A DNA stretch of 64,000 bases from an uncultured Methanosarcinales archaeon (GTDB lineage Archaea; Nanobdellota; Nanobdellia; Woesearchaeales; JACPBV01): positions 761-64,760 of the forward strand of contig CAZNZT010000008.1 in assembly GCA_964577685.1 (NCBI GenBank), read 5' to 3'. Of this stretch, positions 56,802-64,000 are shown one piece after another (position 1 is the stretch's first letter; each line of letters starts with the position of its first letter). A program made the translations under genes and the position numbers. Below the pieces are notes generated by a model, which was given only the letters and a program-made list of their open reading frames with translations, did no database searches and had not been told where the DNA came from.

Positions 56802-58052
56802 ATGCAAGAGATACTGGAAAAAGTTCTAAAAAAAATAAAACCAACAAAAGAAGAGGAACTAAAGATAAATAAAAAAATAGAAGGCCTCATAAAAAAAATA
56901 AACAAAAACCTAAAAGATGCCAAAGCAATCCTAGGGGGGTCTGGTATCAAGGGAACATGGCTAAAAAATGCCTATGACTCAGATATATTTGTAAAATTTA
57001 ACTACAAGAAATATAAGAACAGAAGCAATGAGTTATCTGATATACTAGAGAAAATTCTCAAAAAAAGAAGAATAAAATTCACAAGACTGCATGGTTCCAG
57101 AGATTATTTCCAGATTAAAGAAAAAAATTTTACATTCGAAATAGTACCCATACTAGATATTAAAAAAGTAGAAGAAGCAAAGAATATTACTGATGTAAGT
57201 CCACTACACGCAGATTGGGTGAACAAAAAAGTAAAAGGCCTCAAAGACGATGTAAGGCTATTAAAACAATTCTGCAAAGCAATAAATGTATATGGTGCAG
57301 AGAGTTATATAAAAGGGTTCTCAGGTTATGTCTGTGAAATATTAACAGCATACTACAAAGGATTTACAAATGTAATTAAAAATGCATCAAAATGGAAAGA
57401 AAAAACGATAATAGATACCGAAGGATACTGGAAAGGGAAAAACATCTTATCCGAACTTAATAAATCCAAAACAAGATCACCAATAATAATAATAGACCCT
57501 GTCCAACCAGATAGAAACGCTGCTGCTGCTGTAAGCCGAGAGAATTTCATTAAGTTTATAGAAAGATGTAGGGAATTCCTAAAAAACCCTTCAGAAGAAT
57601 TCTTTGAAATTAAGAAAATAAATAAAAAAACCTTAGAAGAGAAGTCAGGAAAAAACCACCTGATAATAATAGAAGCAAAAACAAAAGAGGGCAAAAAAGA
57701 CATCGTTGGTTGTAAATTAATAAAAGTAATAGAATTCATCAAGAAAGAATTAAAAAAACATGAATTCAATATACTAGATTATGGGTGGGAATGGAATAGA
57801 AAAGTTTTATTTTACTTTATCATTAAAAATGAAAAAAAGCCAGATACAATAAAAATAACAGGACCACCAATAAAAGAGAAATTTCATACCAAAAACTTCA
57901 AAAAAAAGCATAGAAATACATTCATAGAAAAAGGGAGAATATACGCCAAAGTAAAAAGAAAATTCAAGGAACCACATAGCCTAATCAGATTCTTATTAAA
58001 AAGTGAATATATAAAGGATAAAGTTAGCTCAATAAGGATAAAAAATGAATGA
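56802..58052 (+). CDS. cca: Archaeal class I CCA-adding enzyme (tRNA nucleotidyltransferase)
   Basis: 'AILGGSGIKGTWLKNAYDSDIFVKF' (pol-beta NT motif GS...D.D) plus a long C-terminal tRNA-binding region. Confidence 0.8.
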   Translation: MQEILEKVLKKIKPTKEEELKINKKIEGLIKKINKNLKDAKAILGGSGIKGTWLKNAYDSDIFVKFNYKKYKNRSNELSDILEKILKKRRIKFTRLHGSRDYFQIKEKNFTFEIVPILDIKKVEEAKNITDVSPLHADWVNKKVKGLKDDVRLLKQFCKAINVYGAESYIKGFSGYVCEILTAYYKGFTNVIKNASKWKEKTIIDTEGYWKGKNILSELNKSKTRSPIIIIDPVQPDRNAAAAVSRENFIKFIERCREFLKNPSEEFFEIKKINKKTLEEKSGKNHLIIIEAKTKEGKKDIVGCKLIKVIEFIKKELKKHEFNILDYGWEWNRKVLFYFIIKNEKKPDTIKITGPPIKEKFHTKNFKKKHRNTFIEKGRIYAKVKRKFKEPHSLIRFLLKSEYIKDKVSSIRIKNE

Positions 58053-58521
58053 AATAGCTGAATTGATACTTGTGACATTATTACCCTTTCTAGAACTAAG
58101 GGCATCTATACCATATGGGATATTTAAAACAAATTTAAATCTACTAACTATTTTTTCTATTTGTATAATAACGAATATAATTCTAGGAGTATTAATATAT
58201 TTGTTAATAGACTATATTATAAAAAACATTACAAAAATAAAACCAATAAAAAAGATTTGGGAGAAATACATAAAAAGAACACAAAAAAGGATACATAGCT
58301 ATGTAAACAAATACGGTGAATTTGCACTCGCCTTTTTCATAGGCATTCCTCTTCCTGGAAGCGGAGTTTACTCTGGAGCAATAGCAGCTTATCTTCTAGG
58401 TTTAAACTACAAAAAATTTGTAATTGCCAATATAATCGGTGTTTTGATTGCTGGAACAATTGTAACAATAATAAGCTTCACAGGCTTCCAAGCGCTAAGG
58501 ATATTCGTAAAAGTAATATAA
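58045..58521 (+). CDS. Small membrane protein, COG2426 / 'small multidrug export'-like
   Basis: 'LPFLELRASIPYGIF' N-terminal motif and 4 TM helices. Overlaps the cca stop. Confidence 0.4.
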   Translation: MNEIAELILVTLLPFLELRASIPYGIFKTNLNLLTIFSICIITNIILGVLIYLLIDYIIKNITKIKPIKKIWEKYIKRTQKRIHSYVNKYGEFALAFFIGIPLPGSGVYSGAIAAYLLGLNYKKFVIANIIGVLIAGTIVTIISFTGFQALRIFVKVI

Positions 58522-58548
58522 ACAAAAATAAAATTAAAACATTAAAAA

Positions 58549-59109
58549 CTATTCAAAAAAATTTGCACCTTTTTTTAATGCCTCCTTATTAATAGCAATC
58601 AAATCCTGTTTACTTTTAGAAAAAAACTTATGTAGATTATCAAGGATTGTAGCCAAATTAACAATCTTAGTTTCTTTAACAAACGCACCAACAAGAACCA
58701 TATTAGCAACCTTTGTATTTCCCATTTTATTTGCAATCTCTGTTGCAGGTATACTTAATACCTTAATATCGCTTCTCTTAGGCTCTCTCTCAATCAGGGA
58801 TTTATTTATCACCGCTAGACCATTGCTTTTTATCTTACTCTCAAATCTATCAAAAGAGGGTTGATTAAGGATTATAACTGAACTAGGAACATCAACAACA
58901 GGGCTGTATATATCACTATCAGAAATAACTACTGTACAATTGGCAGTTCCTCCTCTCATCTCAACACCATAACTAACCATAGCTGTAACATTCTTACCCT
59001 CTATTAATGCAGTCTGAGCAAGAACATTACCTGCCAAAACAACTCCTTGCCCACCAAACCCTGCTATGATTATTTTTTCTTCCATTTTATCCCCTATCCT
59101 TAAAGACAC
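58549..59109 (-). CDS. porG: 2-oxoacid:ferredoxin oxidoreductase gamma subunit (POR/VOR family)
   Basis: '[22 protein letters not shown]'. Confidence 0.8.
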   Translation of the reverse strand: MSLRIGDKMEEKIIIAGFGGQGVVLAGNVLAQTALIEGKNVTAMVSYGVEMRGGTANCTVVISDSDIYSPVVDVPSSVIILNQPSFDRFESKIKSNGLAVINKSLIEREPKRSDIKVLSIPATEIANKMGNTKVANMVLVGAFVKETKIVNLATILDNLHKFFSKSKQDLIAINKEALKKGANFFE

Positions 59110-59827
59110 CCAATGGAAAATACTCCATCATTTTATCAACAAAAGATAATGAATCGCTAGGAGACATCTTCCAGTTCGTAGGACACATTGACAAAACTTC
59201 AACAAAACCAAATCCTTTATTATTAAGCTGATACTCAAAAGCCTTTTTTATAGCAAACTTTGCCTTTATAACATTATTAGGCGAATTAACAGCAACTCTC
59301 TCTATATATGCTGGACCATCAAAAGTCGATAACAACTCACAAATCCTCAATGGAAATCCTTCAATATCATTCCTCCTACCAAATGGTGTTGTAGTGGTTT
59401 TTTGTTCAAGTAGGGTAGTTGGTGCCATCTGTCCCCCAGTCATGCCATAAACAGCATTATTCACAAAGATAGTAGTAAAATTTTCACCCCTATTAGCAGC
59501 ATGTATAATTTCGTTTGTACCAATCGCTGCTAAATCACCATCCCCCTGATAAGTGAATATCACTCTATCAGGCATTAACCTCTTCATTGCTGTTGCTACA
59601 GCTGGAGGCCTTCCATGTGCACACTCAATAATATCACATCTAAAATAATTATAAAGTAAGACAGCACAACCAACAGGCGCTGTCCCAATTGTCTTCTCTC
59701 TTATTCCAAGTTCATCCAAAACCTCTGCAATTAATCTATGAACTATCCCATGCCCACAACCAGCACAATAATGAGTCTCTCTTTCCCTTAAGCTGGATGG
59801 TCTTTTTAAATACATTTTAATATACAT
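59087..59827 (-). CDS. porB: 2-oxoacid:ferredoxin oxidoreductase beta subunit (TPP-binding)
   Basis: '[14 protein letters not shown]', '[39 protein letters not shown]'. Confidence 0.85.
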   Translation of the reverse strand: MYIKMYLKRPSSLRERETHYCAGCGHGIVHRLIAEVLDELGIREKTIGTAPVGCAVLLYNYFRCDIIECAHGRPPAVATAMKRLMPDRVIFTYQGDGDLAAIGTNEIIHAANRGENFTTIFVNNAVYGMTGGQMAPTTLLEQKTTTTPFGRRNDIEGFPLRICELLSTFDGPAYIERVAVNSPNNVIKAKFAIKKAFEYQLNNKGFGFVEVLSMCPTNWKMSPSDSLSFVDKMMEYFPLGVFKDRG

Positions 59828-60872
59828 CCCTTATCTTTTTATAAATATTCTGAGGTGAAGGATACCACCCACCACCATATCCAAAGTGCTCAACAAAAAC
59901 ATTCTCCTTACCAAATAAAGAAAGCTTAACATCCTCAATAAGCTGACCATTACTCATTTCTACTACTAAAAACTTATTAGCCCTCTCCGTAGCTTTAGCT
60001 ATAACATCTGAAGGAAACGGCCACACAGTGATAGGTCTTATTAAACCAACTCTAATGCCGTCTCTCCTTGCTTCATCTATTGCTCCCTTTGCTATTCTTC
60101 CACTGATTCCATAAGCAACTATAATAAGGTCAGCATCCTCTGTTTTATATTCCTCAAACAAACACAACTCTTTTTTTATTTTCTCGTATTTTTCTGTTAA
60201 ATGAATATTATGCTTAACCAATAAGTCTGGTGGTTGCAATAACAGAGTTTTAATAACTCTTGGTTCCCTACCTTTACAGCCATCTAGTACAAAATTCTTG
60301 TTTGGAAGCTTAAATAGTGGCTTGTATGGTTTAATCTCTACAGGTTCAAACATCTGCCCCAAAATACCATCGCCAAGAATCATAACAGGGTTTCTATAAT
60401 AATCTGCATAATCAAAGGCATTCATAGTTAAATCATATAACTCTTGTAATGTTGATGGTGCAATAACAATCATATGATAATCTCCATGTCCACCCCCTTT
60501 TGTAGCTTGAAAATAATCAGCTTGAGATGCCCTGATATTACCTAATCCAGGCCCACCCCTTACCATATTCACTATAACACATGGCAATTCCGCAGCTGCA
60601 ATATAACTTATACCTTCTTGTTTTAGTGCAATACCAGGACTACTAGAAGAAGTCATACATCTAAAACCAGCAGCTGCGGCACCAAATAGCATATTTATCG
60701 CAGAAAGCTCTGCTTCCGCCTGTATAAAAACAGCATTAAAATCTGGAGCCCTTTTTGCCATATATTCTGGAGCTTCATTCTGAGGTGTTATAGGATAACC
60801 AGCATAGAACTTACAACCTGCCTGCAAAGCGGCTTCAATAAAAACCTCATTACCTTTCATTATCCTTTTCAT
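59817..60872 (-). CDS. porA: 2-oxoacid:ferredoxin oxidoreductase alpha subunit
   Basis: '[29 protein letters not shown]', '[22 protein letters not shown]'. Confidence 0.85.
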   Translation of the reverse strand: MKRIMKGNEVFIEAALQAGCKFYAGYPITPQNEAPEYMAKRAPDFNAVFIQAEAELSAINMLFGAAAAGFRCMTSSSSPGIALKQEGISYIAAAELPCVIVNMVRGGPGLGNIRASQADYFQATKGGGHGDYHMIVIAPSTLQELYDLTMNAFDYADYYRNPVMILGDGILGQMFEPVEIKPYKPLFKLPNKNFVLDGCKGREPRVIKTLLLQPPDLLVKHNIHLTEKYEKIKKELCLFEEYKTEDADLIIVAYGISGRIAKGAIDEARRDGIRVGLIRPITVWPFPSDVIAKATERANKFLVVEMSNGQLIEDVKLSLFGKENVFVEHFGYGGGWYPSPQNIYKKIRDVY

Positions 60873-61137
60873 TTTTTATTTCTATGCACAAGTCAGGACA
60901 CATCTGAAAACACATACCGCATCCACTACAGTTCTTTTCACTTATGATTTCAGCATAGTGATAGCCCTTCTTATTAAGCTTAGAGGAAAGCCTAATATTT
61001 TTTTTAGGGCAAACTATAACACAATAACCACAGCCCTTACATTTTTCTGAATTTATATTAATCTCTACCATGACAAACGAATCAAAATCAAAAAACCAAT
61101 ATTTCATTAAAAATCTTTCGTTTAACAACCAAATCAA
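60850..61137 (-). CDS. porD: 2-oxoacid:ferredoxin oxidoreductase delta subunit (2x[4Fe-4S] ferredoxin)
   Basis: 'CKGCGYCVIVCP' and 'CSGCGMCFQMCP'. Confidence 0.85.
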   Translation of the reverse strand: MIWLLNERFLMKYWFFDFDSFVMVEININSEKCKGCGYCVIVCPKKNIRLSSKLNKKGYHYAEIISEKNCSGCGMCFQMCPDLCIEIKNEKDNER

Positions 61138-62558
61138 ATAACATGCCTAAATTTCCTCTCATAATCTATTTCCATTTGGTGCAAGAATTCATAGAACTCA
61201 TGTAACCTAACAGGCAAACTAAAGCCCTTTAGCTCTTTTATGGCATTTTTTATTTTCTTAACAAGAGCCTTAGTCTTCCTTTTACCTCTTTTAAGCTGAA
61301 ATTCAACCTTAATTCCATTCCGCGTGTCTATAATGAAATTGCCACTAATAGAGCTTGCTACATCATGATACCGATAAACAGCCTCTTTTATATCACTTGG
61401 GGATATCTTCCTTTTACCAATACTTATGATATCTTTCTTTCTTCCACCAACACAAACAACAGGTAACTTATACTTCGGAATAAGATATTTATAACCAGCC
61501 TTTATTAGAACATCTTTAAATTCCTCATATCTAAAAATCTTTCCACAATCATTTGTATTATACCTAATCAAAGGCATTTTCATTTTTGTGTCCAACATAG
61601 AAAAAACCAATTCAGAATAAAGAGAATTACTAGGTAAAGACTCAAGAAAAATTTTATTTGGAAAATATTGGAAAATAAAAGGACAAGCGTCAACATCTTC
61701 CTTGAATAGAGCATATCTTAATTTTTCATCTTTTTGTGCTATGTTTCTTATTCTTGCGGTCTCAAATGTTTCAAGAAATAACCCAATCCCACCAAGCTCT
61801 GTAACACCATATGTTGCTAAATAAAGCCCTTTACTCGGGTTTGAAAAATCCATACCCATAAGGTCCATTATGTATTCTCTAAAGCTCTCTGAAAACCAAT
61901 AGCCGCCAGTAATCACCCAAACATTAAGAGATTTCCAATCAATACCATTTTCAATTCCATCTTCCACTATTTTCTTCAAAAAACTTGAATCACCAGCTAT
62001 TATAAACTGGTCAACAACATCTTTCATTTGTTTCACTAAAGCAATTACGCTGTCACTTCTCACGCTTGTTTCTGCAAAAAGCAAACTAGTTTCAACCCTA
62101 ACTGCCATAGGCTCAAAGTTTATTAGAAAAGTTTTTTTCTCACTCGTATTACAAAACAAATCCAATAACAAATCAACTTTCTTCTTAGTCATTTTTCTAT
62201 CATCCTCAGTAACAACATTAAAAGAAAATTTTTTTGAATGACCAGAACTTAACATTATAAATTCAACATCTTTATATCCATCAATGCACAATTCCTCTAA
62301 AGGAAACCTAACAAATGTCGCTTCTTTATCAATAATCGGAACTAATTTCCTAAAGCTTGCAATATCTTTTACCTTATCTATGTCAACCTTTTTTTCTTCT
62401 AGAATTTTTCTATAAGCAGGCACATTCAATGCTGCTCTTCTAAATGACTTAATAAGTTTTTTTTCTCCTTCTTCTACTATCTTATCCGGATTGGAAGTAG
62501 TTAAAAACTTGACTAACAATTGTTTCTTTTTTTTTCTTATAAAGTCCGCTATACTCAT
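61134..62558 (-). CDS. PaaK/CapK-like adenylate-forming family protein (second copy, degenerate P-loop)
   Basis: 'AALNVPAYRKILEEKKVDIDKVKDIASFRKLVPIIDKEATF' is paralogous to the 634-2418 N-terminus. The P-loop position reads 'LSSGHSKKFSF' in place of SSGSSGTP. Confidence 0.65.
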   Translation of the reverse strand: MSIADFIRKKKKQLLVKFLTTSNPDKIVEEGEKKLIKSFRRAALNVPAYRKILEEKKVDIDKVKDIASFRKLVPIIDKEATFVRFPLEELCIDGYKDVEFIMLSSGHSKKFSFNVVTEDDRKMTKKKVDLLLDLFCNTSEKKTFLINFEPMAVRVETSLLFAETSVRSDSVIALVKQMKDVVDQFIIAGDSSFLKKIVEDGIENGIDWKSLNVWVITGGYWFSESFREYIMDLMGMDFSNPSKGLYLATYGVTELGGIGLFLETFETARIRNIAQKDEKLRYALFKEDVDACPFIFQYFPNKIFLESLPSNSLYSELVFSMLDTKMKMPLIRYNTNDCGKIFRYEEFKDVLIKAGYKYLIPKYKLPVVCVGGRKKDIISIGKRKISPSDIKEAVYRYHDVASSISGNFIIDTRNGIKVEFQLKRGKRKTKALVKKIKNAIKELKGFSLPVRLHEFYEFLHQMEIDYERKFRHVI

Positions 62559-62559
62559 T

Positions 62560-63987
62560 CTAACCTCTTTCTAAGGTAAAAAACTCAGAGGGCTTCTTAA
62601 GTGGAGGGTATTTCCCATACTTAGGTATCCTATTCTGGGTCCTTGTACTATTAAAATTTTCAATGGCAATTCTAGCAAGCTCGCTCACCATCCTCTTATA
62701 CCTAGTGCCAATACCATGATAATTAAAAAAAAGATAAGGGTATATGGTCTTGCTCTTATCAAGGTACCTATAATAAGCATGGTCAGCCCTCCTGCCACCA
62801 GTATAAGTAGAGACAGGCAAAACACCACAAAGATAAAAATTATTCTCTTCTAAAAATTTACATATAGAAGGTGCTTTTTTCTCTGTCAAATCAACAAAAA
62901 AACAACCAACACCTTTATTTTTTATCTCCTTAACTTTACTTTTTAGAGAACTATCAATTACAGGACTAGGATTTTTATATTTAACAATAAATCTTTTACA
63001 TCCAAGAATTTTATATATTAGCTTTATCATTTCATAGTCTTTGTAATAAACAAAAACAATATCAATAGAACTTCTAATGTAATCCCTAAGATCACAAAAC
63101 ATCGTCAAATAATTACTATAATCAGAATTACCAAAACCTGGTTCCGTATATCCCTGGTAGTCTTCATATCCCCCCAATTCAAAAAACAATGGCTTGTATC
63201 CTGTACGCTCTACTATATGAATCGTAATAGGATGTAAAGTGGTAGCAAAAACAACAAAGTAATCTGCATAAGTGGTATCTTTCATGATATCATAACCATA
63301 GAGATTTAAGTTTTCAGCTATTCCAAATCCCCTGTACCTTGGATCAACAATCAAATTTCCACATTCCGCAATATTTTTCCATCTTACTCCCAACTCCAAC
63401 AAAGAACCTAAACCAAAACCAACAACTTTGTCTTTATGGATGGCTAGAACACACCTAGAAGATTTTTCTTTTATTCTTTTCCTAAGATAGAAATAATTTG
63501 CAAATGGATGTTTCTTAAAGCTTTTTTTCTTAATGGCTTTTCTTGATAAAGAAAACTCCTTATAATAATCCCTAAACAAATTAGAAATCTGTTTTGTATA
63601 AGGTAAAATCTTTGATTTATCATTAGTTTTTATTACTATATACCTGATTACATAATCATCAAGCATATCTGTAACAGACTTAACATTCCTAGCTATCTTA
63701 TGCAAACATTGAAAAATCCTTACATACCATCCCTCCCCCAAAAAAGATTTTTTAAAAAAACTAAATCTAAGCATTGATTTTATAGCAAAAGCATAATCAC
63801 CAAAAGAGGTTTTTTTGATATGCTCCAAGAATGATAAAAAGGACTTGTGCCTGACAATCTTATCAATCTTATTATGAATAAATCTAACTAAATAATTCTT
63901 CTTTTCATAATAAAAAAACATTAACAAGGCATAAAAGTCCCTACTACATTCTCTAAGTGCCAATTCAACAATTTCTTTGTCAGACAT
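62560..63987 (-). CDS. GNAT-fold acyltransferase domain protein (FemAB-like size, 475 aa)
   Basis: Central 'VVGFGLGSLLELGVRWKNIAECGNLIVDPRYRGFGIAENL' carries the GNAT acyl-CoA motif A (R-x-x-G-x-G/A). Its stop is 1 nt from the start of the PaaK-like gene. Confidence 0.5.
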   Translation of the reverse strand: MSDKEIVELALRECSRDFYALLMFFYYEKKNYLVRFIHNKIDKIVRHKSFLSFLEHIKKTSFGDYAFAIKSMLRFSFFKKSFLGEGWYVRIFQCLHKIARNVKSVTDMLDDYVIRYIVIKTNDKSKILPYTKQISNLFRDYYKEFSLSRKAIKKKSFKKHPFANYFYLRKRIKEKSSRCVLAIHKDKVVGFGLGSLLELGVRWKNIAECGNLIVDPRYRGFGIAENLNLYGYDIMKDTTYADYFVVFATTLHPITIHIVERTGYKPLFFELGGYEDYQGYTEPGFGNSDYSNYLTMFCDLRDYIRSSIDIVFVYYKDYEMIKLIYKILGCKRFIVKYKNPSPVIDSSLKSKVKEIKNKGVGCFFVDLTEKKAPSICKFLEENNFYLCGVLPVSTYTGGRRADHAYYRYLDKSKTIYPYLFFNYHGIGTRYKRMVSELARIAIENFNSTRTQNRIPKYGKYPPLKKPSEFFTLERG

Positions 63988-64000
63988 TATTATTCAAATC

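Noticed and set aside
56711-56950. 79-aa minus-strand ORF overlapping the cca start
   Set aside because: F/I/S-rich low-complexity translation spanning a promoter region and the first 150 nt of the well-supported cca gene.
1-64000. CRISPR arrays, transposases, integrases, prophage or IS elements
   Set aside because: No direct-repeat/spacer periodicity was seen. No DDE transposase or tyrosine-recombinase motif (R..H..R..Y) turned up in any ORF. The tRNA genes are not flanked by integrase genes or partial tRNA duplications.

Overview
The window is AT-rich (roughly 30% GC), gene-dense and clearly archaeal. It encodes an archaeal histone, aIF5A, aRF1, RpoP, L37ae, L40e, prefoldin beta, a class I CCA-adding enzyme and a FlaI/FlaJ-type pilus assembly pair. 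I found five tRNA genes by eye, and all of them carry insertions: Gly, Phe, initiator-Met, Ser and Pro. Four appear to have two introns each, some at non-canonical positions (acceptor stem, D-arm, T-arm). The protein-coding content has four parts. (1) A sensor histidine kinase with a receiver-PP2C response regulator, an Nre-family protein, a DHH phosphoesterase, SMC and a P-type ATPase. (2) A pilus-like secretion locus (small M50 protease, an unlisted RHH ORF, a long FlaI-like ATPase, a FlaJ-like membrane protein), PEP synthase, a THUMP tRNA methyltransferase and a 1123-aa Cys-rich secreted protein. (3) A translation/information cluster and a complete glycine-cleavage operon gcvT-H-PA-PB. (4) A long minus-strand branched-chain amino-acid supraoperon, leuA-ilvB-ilvN-cupin-leuC-leuD-leuB / ilvC-FAH-ilvD-AEC. 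It ends in a bacterial-type prolipoprotein diacylglyceryl transferase (Lgt) gene preceded by a tiny lipobox-bearing Cys/Asp-repeat protein. After that come a 2-oxoacid:ferredoxin oxidoreductase operon and a PaaK/CapK-like adenylating enzyme paired with a GNAT protein. A membrane-anchored paralog of that adenylating enzyme sits at the window start. The most novel candidates are the Lgt/lipobox pair in an archaeal context, the multi-intron tRNAs, the PaaK-like/GNAT pair, and a small operon of duplicated membrane proteins plus a pilin-like SHOCT protein. No CRISPR array, transposase or integrase was seen.
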